Positions 1 through 8,938 of a stretch of 64,000 bases of DNA are shown in pieces. The notes beneath the pieces were generated by a model. The model was not told the DNA's origin. It ran no database searches and was given only the letters and a program-made list of their open reading frames with translations. This stretch comes from an uncultured virus (IMG/VR IMGVR_UViG_3300007512_002491) (taxonomy: Duplodnaviria > Heunggongvirae > Uroviricota > Caudoviricetes). How positions within the stretch are numbered: position 1 is the stretch's first letter; each line of letters begins with the position of its first letter. The stretch lies in the IMG/VR virus record IMGVR_UViG_3300007512_002491; one strand, written 5' to 3'. Position numbers and translations under genes: made by a program.

Positions 1-1062
1 AGACTCTGGACAGATCACGGCGTTGTTAAATCTTTTTCCAGCTTCAACTAACAATATTCCAAATTGGTCTGGCGGGATTTTTCCTTTAAATTCGCAAACT
101 ATTTCAGATTCATTAGTGTCTATAACATGAAAAGCTGAATAGTCTTTAGAGTCTCCCCTAGAAACATCTGCGGAAATGATATAATCGTGATCAGTAAGAG
201 AATATTTCCATTGCCAACAAGCCATTTCAGGACCCCATCTTTCCATGGGCGATTTTACCATGTATCGAAGATATTCTACATCTTCTGCTTTTAAAAATGT
301 TTCTCCAGAAGCAGCAAAATCACACAACAGCTCTTGAGCGACTTGTTTGTCGGAAAGGTTTTTGCACTCTTCTTCAAACCATGCATCGTCTCTTTCCGGA
401 TGCACGTCCCATTGAAGTTTTATAGGGTTAAATTCATTCTCTTTAGATTCGGCCTTAATATAAAGATCATAATATTGTCCTCCCACGCCATTTGGTGTCG
501 AAAGTATTATTGCTCTACCGCCAGTGGACAAAGTGGGATATAGCCCCATCCAAAGCTCATCAAAATTTCTAACAAATGCAGCCTCATCTACGATAAGCAG
601 TGATAACGCTTCAGATCTACCAGCGTCTTCGGAAGTTGGAACAGCTTTTATTTGTGAGCCATTACTAAATTCTACGCTCTGCTTATTGTTTCCAGTTATC
701 TCTGGCAAAACTAACCATGGAGGTAATCCCCGCATAGCTGTTTTAACTTTTTTAATAAAGTTCATAGCCACGCTTAATTTTGTCGCAATAATTAAGACAT
801 TTTTATCTTTATAGAATAAAGCTAACCAAGCGGCGTAAGCTGCCGCAAGAGTAGATAAGCCGAGCTGTCTAGACTTTAAAACAACGTTGAACCTGTGTTC
901 AACAAAATCATTAACGCAATCATTTTGAAAAGGGTACGTTTTAAAATCTATAGTCCCTCGCAAAGGATGCTGAATTTTGACATAAGTGTTAATGAAGTAA
1001 AGAGGGTCTTTTCCGCACTTTATTATTTCTTTAACTTGTCTTTTTTTATTTTGCGGAGCCAT
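1..1062 (-). CDS. terL: Terminase large subunit (T4 gp17-like), 3' end beyond the window edge
   Basis: Absent from the ORF track, so translated by hand from ATG at 1062: MAPQNKKRQVKEIIKCGKDPLYFINTYVKIQHP...YPFQ...LKSRQLGLST (Walker A)...LLIVDEAAF (Walker B)...ILSTPNG (coupling motif)...ISADVSRGDSKDYSAF (nuclease domain). The frame stays open to position 1. Confidence 0.95.
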   Translation of the reverse strand, partial: MAPQNKKRQVKEIIKCGKDPLYFINTYVKIQHPLRGTIDFKTYPFQNDCVNDFVEHRFNVVLKSRQLGLSTLAAAYAAWLALFYKDKNVLIIATKLSVAMNFIKKVKTAMRGLPPWLVLPEITGNNKQSVEFSNGSQIKAVPTSEDAGRSEALSLLIVDEAAFVRNFDELWMGLYPTLSTGGRAIILSTPNGVGGQYYDLYIKAESKENEFNPIKLQWDVHPERDDAWFEEECKNLSDKQVAQELLCDFAASGETFLKAEDVEYLRYMVKSPMERWGPEMACWQWKYSLTDHDYIISADVSRGDSKDYSAFHVIDTNESEIVCEFKGKIPPDQFGILLVEAGKRFNNAVICPES

Positions 1063-1078
1063 CTCTACCCATCGTTAG

Positions 1079-1450
1079 TTAGCTTATGGAAAAATCTACA
1101 AATTTTCTATAGAGCGCTACTCGACGGGGATTTACTGAAGATGCTTGAACTAGCTCTACACTGTCTCTTTGAGATTCTTCTTTTAGTCCTAAAGCTTCGC
1201 CTGAAATATCTTTATACTGTTGTTTACAGTTTGATATGAGTCCCGCGATTCGTTCATTTGCTTCTTCGGCAACTCTTGGAATTTGAACTTCCATTCCTCG
1301 CTCTGATGCTAAATACACTATCGTGCTAAACATTACTCTAAGAGTATTTTCTCCAACTAAATTAGCTTTACAGCTATAAGTTTGGCTACTCTTACCCCAA
1401 GAAGTTTCTAAAATCTGTCCGAGTACATTGGTTTGTTGAATTGAAAGCAT
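1079..1450 (-). CDS. Hypothetical protein, 123 aa, immediately upstream of terL
   Basis: Fills the gap between neighbours on the coding strand and has an AGGA SD-like sequence upstream. No recognisable motif. Confidence 0.7.
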   Translation of the reverse strand: MLSIQQTNVLGQILETSWGKSSQTYSCKANLVGENTLRVMFSTIVYLASERGMEVQIPRVAEEANERIAGLISNCKQQYKDISGEALGLKEESQRDSVELVQASSVNPRRVALYRKFVDFSIS

Positions 1451-1461
1451 TTTGTAATCCT

Positions 1462-1725
1462 CTACTTCACATAATAACTAGGCAACTCTAATCGTTTTTT
1501 TCTCATCTGTGCCTTCTTTCTTTTGCCAGGCCTCCAATTTCGATCCCAGCGCTTCTTATTTGGCCACACTACTTCGTCTACGCAAAGAGAGCAACATCCA
1601 TATTTATTAATCGTAGAGCAATCATGATTATCTCTCATTAAAGTAAGACAAACCGGACAATCGAAAGGAATAAAATTTTCTTTGTTTGTTTTGTCTACTA
1701 TGTTTAAAAATTCAAATTTATTCAT
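1462..1725 (-). CDS. Small Cys-rich putative Zn-binding protein with a basic C-terminus
   Basis: CPVC...C...CCSLC, then WRPGKRKK. Overlaps the end of the Mre11-Rad50 gene by 8 nt. Confidence 0.7.
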   Translation of the reverse strand: MNKFEFLNIVDKTNKENFIPFDCPVCLTLMRDNHDCSTINKYGCCSLCVDEVVWPNKKRWDRNWRPGKRKKAQMRKKRLELPSYYVK

Positions 1726-4700
1726 GAATCACCTGCGAATCAATACCTTTTGAAAATATATCTAAAATAGTATCTACGCTATCTTTCACAGCATCTACGT
1801 GAGAAATAACTAAAATATTCTTAAACCATTTTTTCAATGATTGAAGAAGTCTATTACAAGCTTCGACGTTAGTTTCATCTAAAGCTCCGAATCCTTCATC
1901 AATTATAAACGTGTCGCACTTTGGTAAAGAAGAAACATTTACTAACGCCACTCTAATAGCTATAGAGGATATCATTTTCTCCATGCCTGAAGCGCATTCA
2001 ATAATTCTCTTTGAGTCTCCATAATTTATAAAAACATCCATAGAATTTGATTTTAAGTCAGCTTCAAGCTCAACAGTAAACTCTACAACTCCATGTAGTA
2101 TCTTTGCAATTTCTTTATTGATTTTAGGAAGCTGCATTGTCAAAATATGAAGTGGTATGCCCTTTTTGTTCACGCCATTCATCAAAATTTCGTATATCCT
2201 CCACTCCATCAATAGATTTTCATAGCTAGTTTTTTCTTCTTTTAGCTTAGCTAGCTCTGAAGTCGTTAGTCCGATAGATTCACTTGTACTTATTCTTTGA
2301 GCGTCTAAATCTCTAGCTGTTTTTTCGAGTTTCATAAGCTCTATTTTTATAGAATTAATCCTCTCAGATTTATCTGACATATCCACTCTAGATTTTAGAC
2401 TTTCATACTCTTTTTCTAATTCTAATATAAGCAAAGAAATTCTATCTTTTGCAGATTCTGCCTCTCTAGATTTAGCTTCTAACGTAGATCTTTCTATTTT
2501 GAAATTACTCTCTTTTTCTAAAAGGTTTTGGTATTTATCAATTTTAGACTTTAAATCTTCGTCAAGCAATATAGAAAAAGCTTTTTTCGCTGATTGGATT
2601 TGCTTCTCTATATTTTCTACTAAATTAACTTGTTCTTCAATTAGACTTTTGTCGAGATGAGATCTTTTAATAAATTTGCATGTTGGAAACTTATCTCCAC
2701 AGGGAACTTGGTCTAAAAGCGAGATAGAGTCTCTCTTATTTTTTAAAGTAGATTTTTCTTGATCTAGACTACCCTCCAAAACCAATAAAGTCTTTTCTAG
2801 CTCAAGTTGAGCTCCATATTTTTCTTTTAATTGATCAATTGGGAACTGGTTCTTTAGTTGATCTATTTTAGTTAATTTTGCATCGAGATTGTCCAGAGTT
2901 ATCTGGTTAGTTTCTACAGCTGAATTTAGCTCAGAAATTCGTTCTCTATTTTCAGATATCTCGCTTTCTGATTTAGTTAAATCAGCTTCTGTTATGATTT
3001 CAGAAAAAGAAGATGCTGATTCAACTTTTATTTCTTGAATTTTAGAATTTGCAGAAGCTAAATCAGAATCGATTTTCAGCCTCTCTTCTTTTAGACTTTT
3101 TAAAATCAAGCCCTTTTCTAATATAAGAGTGTTCCACTCTCTTTCAGGAGATTTGTCTAGTAAAGCCTTAATATGAATAGAGTCTTCTTTTGCGTTGTTC
3201 AAAATAGTTTCGAATATATTCAAATCTAAAAAACTAGCTAAAATTTCTTTTCTTTTAGTCGCGCGGTGCTTTATAAAAGTGTTTATCCCTCCCTGCGACG
3301 CAAAGGAAGTTAACATAAAGTCTTCGTAAGTTCCAACTAAAGATCTTAATATTGCGTCAGTTTCCCTTCGTTGGCCACCAGATAAATCCTTGAGTTCTCC
3401 ATTGGTGTCTACACGATAGAGGTTTAAGTGAGTGACAGCATTGATCTCGCCACGTCGGTTTTGGTGTTTTACTGATTGGCGCTCCAATCTGTGACAAACT
3501 CCGTTTACTAAAAAATCAAGCTCAACTTTACAGTGGCCCTTTCGGGTATTGATTACGTGAAGATTTTTAATAGATCCTCGATCCGTTGTGTTATAAAGAC
3601 CATACATGATCGATCCTGGAATAGAAGATTTTCCAGATCTATTTTTACCGAAAAGACCCACCACGCCGTGAAGAGAATCAAAGTTGATAACGTTATTTTT
3701 TCCATAAGAAAAAACATTGTCAAATTGAAGCTTTTTTATTGACCATTTAACGTTTCTGGGGGTGTCATTTTCTATTACTGAGCCTGTATATTTTTTCAAC
3801 AACACTGAAATTTCTTGCCATTCTTCTTCAGATATAGACGCTTCTTTGTAGTATTGCTTTAGTAAGTCTAAAATAACTGAAGGGTCTCTAAAATTAGAAA
3901 AAGACTCATCGTTAGTTGATGATTCTATAATTTGAGATTTTATATCGTCGAATTTAAAAACTATTTCAGAAGCTTTTTTCTTTTCTTTTAGCTCAGAATA
4001 TAAATGCTTTATCTCGGTTTGGGGTATTTGAAATTGCGATCTAATCCTAAATCTCGAACCATCTGGATATTTGCTAGATTCCCTAACGGTATCTACAACA
4101 GTGTCTTTCCAGTCTATAGTGGCGAAAGGCTTAGAGTGAAAAACTTCAACAAAGTCAACGTCAAAATCATCAGCTGATCTTATGTCCCACACTAAAAATC
4201 CTTTTCCAGGATCTTCTCCGTAGTTTTGTTGTATAGTAGATCCGGGGTACGCTATAGTTTTAGACTCATTTAAAAACTGAAATTTATGGATGTCTCCAAG
4301 AAAAGCAAACTCAAAATCTTTAAAGAATGTGTGCTCTACTTCACCCTCAATTTCCCAATTGATATCCGTAAAAGATCCGAGCACTCCACCGTGAAACAGA
4401 GCAATATTTACTTCTCCCTCTACAGGCTTAACATTTTCCCAATTCTCTTCATCAAAGCAAGAAAAAACTCCCCAGTTAAAGCCAGGGATGCCAGTTGAGT
4501 AAGTTCCAGAATCCTTATACAAGTGCAAATTGCTGTTATTAAGGGCTGAAATTATAGGAGATATAGCATCTTGCCTGTGTGGGTTAGAAATTAAGCCATC
4601 GTGATTTCCAAGAATAACATGAGTTGGAGCTACTTTAGCTAATTCTTCAAACCACCAAGATAAAATATCAATTAACTCTGGAGATATTCCCTGTGTTTTT

Positions 4701-4849
4701 GAATGGACTATATCTCCACCGACAAATATTAAATCAGGGTTAATTTTCCTAGCTTTTTCAAAGAAATCTAAAAAAGATTCTCTGTATTCTTCGTGACGAG
4801 ATAACCCGCGGAAGTGAACATCAGAAAGGTGGATACATTTAAAAGACAT
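1718..4849 (-). CDS. Fused Mre11/SbcD nuclease-Rad50/SbcC ATPase (gp47-gp46-like)
   Basis: Metallophosphoesterase motifs HLSDVH, GGDIVH, GNHD, GDIH. Then Walker A GKNRSGKS, Q-loop ASQG, a long coiled coil, signature ASGME, Walker B IIDEGFGALD and H-loop ISH. Confidence 0.93.
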   Translation of the reverse strand: MSFKCIHLSDVHFRGLSRHEEYRESFLDFFEKARKINPDLIFVGGDIVHSKTQGISPELIDILSWWFEELAKVAPTHVILGNHDGLISNPHRQDAISPIISALNNSNLHLYKDSGTYSTGIPGFNWGVFSCFDEENWENVKPVEGEVNIALFHGGVLGSFTDINWEIEGEVEHTFFKDFEFAFLGDIHKFQFLNESKTIAYPGSTIQQNYGEDPGKGFLVWDIRSADDFDVDFVEVFHSKPFATIDWKDTVVDTVRESSKYPDGSRFRIRSQFQIPQTEIKHLYSELKEKKKASEIVFKFDDIKSQIIESSTNDESFSNFRDPSVILDLLKQYYKEASISEEEWQEISVLLKKYTGSVIENDTPRNVKWSIKKLQFDNVFSYGKNNVINFDSLHGVVGLFGKNRSGKSSIPGSIMYGLYNTTDRGSIKNLHVINTRKGHCKVELDFLVNGVCHRLERQSVKHQNRRGEINAVTHLNLYRVDTNGELKDLSGGQRRETDAILRSLVGTYEDFMLTSFASQGGINTFIKHRATKRKEILASFLDLNIFETILNNAKEDSIHIKALLDKSPEREWNTLILEKGLILKSLKEERLKIDSDLASANSKIQEIKVESASSFSEIITEADLTKSESEISENRERISELNSAVETNQITLDNLDAKLTKIDQLKNQFPIDQLKEKYGAQLELEKTLLVLEGSLDQEKSTLKNKRDSISLLDQVPCGDKFPTCKFIKRSHLDKSLIEEQVNLVENIEKQIQSAKKAFSILLDEDLKSKIDKYQNLLEKESNFKIERSTLEAKSREAESAKDRISLLILELEKEYESLKSRVDMSDKSERINSIKIELMKLEKTARDLDAQRISTSESIGLTTSELAKLKEEKTSYENLLMEWRIYEILMNGVNKKGIPLHILTMQLPKINKEIAKILHGVVEFTVELEADLKSNSMDVFINYGDSKRIIECASGMEKMISSIAIRVALVNVSSLPKCDTFIIDEGFGALDETNVEACNRLLQSLKKWFKNILVISHVDAVKDSVDTILDIFSKGIDSQVIHE

Positions 4850-4857
4850 ATTTTTTC

Positions 4858-5817
4858 CTACACCAAAGATCCGCTTTTAATAGATTTTATTCTATATTTT
4901 AGAATATCTCTAGGGCTCCAAATTTTTGCGGTATCTTTCAATTTTATAAATTGCGCCCTTGTCATTTCGCCGACGTCATCATAATTTTCAACATTTAAAA
5001 TTCTGACTTTTATCCCATACGAATATAAAGATTGGCATATTTTCTGTTGTTTAAGCTTTGCGTCTATATCTAAAGCCAGAATTACAGGCGTGGAGTGAGC
5101 TACAATTTCTTGAAACAAAGCATAATCTTTGTTTAAAAAAGACCCTAAAATTGAAGTTGCATTATAATTGCACTTCACCAAATCTAGAGGGCCCTCAACG
5201 ATCGTAAGCTCTTTATCCCAATCAATATTTATTTCATTAAAGATTAAATCTTTCTTTTTGGCTTTAGCATTCAAGTATTTTCTACGACTAGAACCGTCTA
5301 TGCTTCTTCCCGTGTAATAATTTAAATTTCCAAGTTTATCAAAAGAAGGCATAATCAATCTACGCCTGAAACTTCCAGATCGACAAGTTCCAAATTTATA
5401 AAACCATAAATCTTTTTCAGATAAGCCTCTAGAGACTGCATATTCTATAGTGCTTCTAATATCTGGATCTCTAGATTTTAAATTTTGTGCTAGCAATACA
5501 AACCCTTTTGGAATTTCTACTTTAATAAAAGCTTCTGGCTCTATCACTTCTTCAGATTCGCCCTCAAAAAACAGAGATTGGTATTCACTGTATTTTTTAG
5601 GAGCGTATTTTCTAATAGTGTATTTGAGAGTTTTTCCCTTTAGCCCGCAAACCCAACAGTGATGCATTCCATTGATCAATTTAACTATTAGCTTTTTTTT
5701 ATCTTTCCTGTCTTTAGAACACTGTGGACATGTGAGAGCTATGCTTTCGCCGTTAACTATTCCGGGTCCAAATGTAGCTTGTAAAAAAGCGGCTTTCGCA
5801 GATAAATTTTGTTGCAT
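4858..5817 (-). CDS. DNA primase (Zn finger plus Toprim domain)
   Basis: CPQC...HCWVC zinc-binding domain, YYTGR and KYLN motifs, Toprim IVEGPLD and LALDID. Confidence 0.88.
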   Translation of the reverse strand: MQQNLSAKAAFLQATFGPGIVNGESIALTCPQCSKDRKDKKKLIVKLINGMHHCWVCGLKGKTLKYTIRKYAPKKYSEYQSLFFEGESEEVIEPEAFIKVEIPKGFVLLAQNLKSRDPDIRSTIEYAVSRGLSEKDLWFYKFGTCRSGSFRRRLIMPSFDKLGNLNYYTGRSIDGSSRRKYLNAKAKKKDLIFNEINIDWDKELTIVEGPLDLVKCNYNATSILGSFLNKDYALFQEIVAHSTPVILALDIDAKLKQQKICQSLYSYGIKVRILNVENYDDVGEMTRAQFIKLKDTAKIWSPRDILKYRIKSIKSGSLV

Positions 5818-5824
5818 CTAATAA

Positions 5825-5853
5825 ATAGTAACTTAATTTATGCTATTGTTCAA
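5825..5853 (-). promoter_or_regulatory. Putative sigma70-like promoter, probably leaderless, for the primase gene
   Basis: Minus strand reads TTGAAC-17 nt-TACTAT, ending 7 nt before the ATG at 5817. No SD sequence. Confidence 0.45.
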
Positions 5854-6391
5854 GAACGATCCCAGCCATGGAAATAACATAAGCGTCTGCCATATCATAA
5901 CAGCTAGATTCTAAAACCGATTGCCCTTTTCTGGGTCCGCTTTTAAGAATTTTAACCGGCCAATCGAAAGTTTTCAGTTGAGAATCTACCCAGTCTAAAA
6001 CTTGTTCTTTAGTAGATTTTTCTGCCTTCTTTCCCCTAACAATTTTAATCCCCAACGATTTCCTAGCCGTGTTTACGTTTATGAATTCTGGAGCTACGCA
6101 AAACTCATCTTGGGCTAGATAGCTAACTACTCCATTAAATCGAGCTAGCGTTAAAAGTGTTTTTGCAGAAGAGAGCCCTGGGCGAAAAGCTTGCAAGTTT
6201 TCTTCAATACAAATTCTTTCAATTTCATAATCAATATTTAGCTGCCCAAGAAGACTTCTAACTTTTTTTGCTTTCGCAAACGAAGACTTCTCTTTTTGAA
6301 GATCGACGTATCCCATTTTTATTAATTTTCCAGAAACGTCGACCAAACACCACCCCGTGCAACTAGTTGATATGTCAAGTCCAAGTATCAT
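5843..6391 (-). CDS. RuvC-like Holliday junction resolvase (RNase H fold)
   Basis: N-terminal ILGLDISTSCTGW, central CIEE and C-terminal DMADA match the RuvC acidic catalytic pattern. Confidence 0.8.
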   Translation of the reverse strand: MILGLDISTSCTGWCLVDVSGKLIKMGYVDLQKEKSSFAKAKKVRSLLGQLNIDYEIERICIEENLQAFRPGLSSAKTLLTLARFNGVVSYLAQDEFCVAPEFINVNTARKSLGIKIVRGKKAEKSTKEQVLDWVDSQLKTFDWPVKILKSGPRKGQSVLESSCYDMADAYVISMAGIVLEQ

Positions 6392-8925
6392 TAATAATCC
6401 ATTTTAATCCTAAAAAGATATTTATCAGTTATTTTTTTAACTACTGGCTGAGAAAGCTGTGCTCTACCAACGACATTCAAGTTATTATCATGAAGCAAGA
6501 CTTCACTAATCGCAACGAATACATCCGTGTCAGTATTCGCGTAATTATCTGGTTTCATGGGATGAAACGTGGGATTTGAAGATGAGTTAATTCTTCCTAC
6601 GTTGGCGTTAATATTCACTTCTTGCGAATGGACATTTTGGTAGCCTTCTAGATTTACTTCAAATTGATCTCTTCCAAAAAATAGAATATTTGGAGATTTT
6701 ATAATAGAGATACCTTCTTCGTAAAGAACATTTCCAACTGAATTCCAAGTGGCTGGTGGAGTTGCAGAGTCAGCCCTATATAGATTTCCTCTTAGGTCAT
6801 CAACTATTCTCATCGAAACTTTTCCATTAGACCCAGTAATAGCTTTATCGAACAAAGAATAAGTTCCAGGTTTAATAGATTGACCATAGAATAAATTAGA
6901 AGAATCAAAAAATACTACTTCATCAGAAGAATTATCTCTTGTAAGCTGCAATATCTGCGGTTCGGAACGACTTGACCAATCACCAGATTCTGTCATTTGA
7001 ACTACATAAGAGCTATCAGAATCGTCTTGCATTGTGCCTGTGACCAACATAGGCATCTTATGCATATCTCTCAAAGTTATCAAAGAAAGATTAGAGAGGC
7101 CCAAATCATCAACATAAGAACTTATAAAAGATCCTGAGGCCGGTGCAGAACCCAAAATAGAAGTAACTCCATTCGGATCTGAAGCTGTCATTAAAAGATC
7201 GAAAGATGGACTAAATAACCCATTGTCGCATGGAACAATAGTAAGATTTCTTGCCCTAACATAAGAAGACTGAACGCCAAATTCGTAAAGAAGTCGATTC
7301 GCGGTCTGCCAATCTTTAGTCGTATCAGATATTTCTGAAGATGTAAGATGAAACAACCGGGGGAACGTGTGATGACGATGATCTCTAACAAAATTTTGCA
7401 AATTTATATCTTTTCCATCTACGTCAAAAGATAACCAAGTATTAAATGGCTGCTCGGTTTTTTGTTTTATAGACTGAAACGGTGTTCTCAAAACTTTTCT
7501 AGATGTGCTATCTTTAGTAAAAAATGGGGGTAAATAAAATTTAATCGACGCATCCAACACTTCTCTTGAGGGACCTTTGATGCTAGCAGTTATAATTTCG
7601 TTAGTAGTATTAACTCTATTGTATATTCTAAGATCGTGAAATTCTGCATTTAGTGGATGATTTAAAAGAGTGGCAGTTGGGTCTGATGAAAAACCAACGC
7701 CCCAATCTTGTACACCTTCTGTTGACGCTGCATTTTCGTTAAAAAACGCGCGGAGATCTGATGTCGCTCCAGAGTTCTGGCCATCGTAATAATTTCCGAT
7801 AAACAACGGATTAAACTTCGTATAAAACGGTTCGTTGAAAGAACTAGATGGGACACTAAACATAGATTTATTCTGTTCCACACCGTCTATCCAAAAAGAC
7901 CCAGTTCCCCCCTCAGCCCAGGCCGCTTTGCCCATATAGTTGATCGACACATGATGCCAGTGATTTAATTTTAAAGAATGCTCGTCTGAGACAAATATTA
8001 AATCTTGCGGGTAAGATCTAGAATTATTTTTAATGCTTAAATCTATCTCAGAAGGTTTTGTATCGGCTGACGATGATAGCTGAAGTGCCACTCGGAAAGT
8101 GTTAGGCAGCCCTTTCATGTTTAGTCCTGAGCCCGTATGGAGAGTCACAGCATAGCAGGAACTCATGTGCATAAGGGTGCCCGCTTTATATTCTAGTTCA
8201 GGACCTTCAGTGGTGTATCTAGGGTTTATATAAAAACTAATATTAAACGAACCAGTTATAGCATAAGTCCCTACGCTTGGATCGGCTGTAGTAGAAGGCG
8301 AAGGATAAATTAGCGCTCTGTTTGGAGAAACCGACGATGCTGTAAAGAAATTAATAGCATTATAGTTAGTGTAAGAAAATTGAGCTTGCGGATATTGAAC
8401 TCTGTAATATTTGAAAAGATTATTGACTACTACAGTTTTTCTAAGAGTGTCTGAAGTAAATTTATTAGTTGGTTTAAACCTTAAAATCTCTACATATTTT
8501 TTCAAGTTTGGAGACTGAACAACTTCATTTACTCCCGTGAGATAGTGAACGAATGAATCGTGTAGGGAGCCGCTAGAGACCATCGGCTGAACCGACGAAG
8601 ATGGAAAGAGAGTGGTTGATAATCCTAGATCTGATAAAAGAACTCCATGAGAGTTTCTATTTCCATCTTGCATTATCTCTTCGGCAACAGAAGCTGTAGC
8701 CCACAACACGCTTCTAAATTCGTCTAAACTGCTATCATTAAACCCAGAAGCTCCCGCAGATGAAGAATAAGTCGGGTGAGCTTGATCTTTTATAGACGTT
8801 GATCTCTCTGCATATACGAAGATAGATCCCGTAATTCCGTTAGATGATGAAGAGAACATTCTCTTCGGATGCATCTGTAGGGTTACGACATCAAAATTCT
8901 TTGCATTTAATGCTATAATTGACAT
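6391..8925 (-). CDS. Virion structural protein with a LamG/ConA-like domain and a tail-collar-like C-terminus
   Basis: LNHWHHVSINY...FWIDG...LFIGN...HDLRIYNR (LamG pattern). Its C-terminus (ISEVLLHDNNLNVVGRAQLSQPVVK) is paralogous to that of 8939..10324. Confidence 0.65.
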   Translation of the reverse strand: MSIIALNAKNFDVVTLQMHPKRMFSSSSNGITGSIFVYAERSTSIKDQAHPTYSSSAGASGFNDSSLDEFRSVLWATASVAEEIMQDGNRNSHGVLLSDLGLSTTLFPSSSVQPMVSSGSLHDSFVHYLTGVNEVVQSPNLKKYVEILRFKPTNKFTSDTLRKTVVVNNLFKYYRVQYPQAQFSYTNYNAINFFTASSVSPNRALIYPSPSTTADPSVGTYAITGSFNISFYINPRYTTEGPELEYKAGTLMHMSSCYAVTLHTGSGLNMKGLPNTFRVALQLSSSADTKPSEIDLSIKNNSRSYPQDLIFVSDEHSLKLNHWHHVSINYMGKAAWAEGGTGSFWIDGVEQNKSMFSVPSSSFNEPFYTKFNPLFIGNYYDGQNSGATSDLRAFFNENAASTEGVQDWGVGFSSDPTATLLNHPLNAEFHDLRIYNRVNTTNEIITASIKGPSREVLDASIKFYLPPFFTKDSTSRKVLRTPFQSIKQKTEQPFNTWLSFDVDGKDINLQNFVRDHRHHTFPRLFHLTSSEISDTTKDWQTANRLLYEFGVQSSYVRARNLTIVPCDNGLFSPSFDLLMTASDPNGVTSILGSAPASGSFISSYVDDLGLSNLSLITLRDMHKMPMLVTGTMQDDSDSSYVVQMTESGDWSSRSEPQILQLTRDNSSDEVVFFDSSNLFYGQSIKPGTYSLFDKAITGSNGKVSMRIVDDLRGNLYRADSATPPATWNSVGNVLYEEGISIIKSPNILFFGRDQFEVNLEGYQNVHSQEVNINANVGRINSSSNPTFHPMKPDNYANTDTDVFVAISEVLLHDNNLNVVGRAQLSQPVVKKITDKYLFRIKMDY

Positions 8926-8938
8926 TTATATCCATCGC

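Noticed and set aside
334..1239. Plus-strand ORFs 334..543, 524..814 and 895..1239
   Set aside because: They are antisense shadows of the terminase gene, which the track missed because it runs off the window edge.
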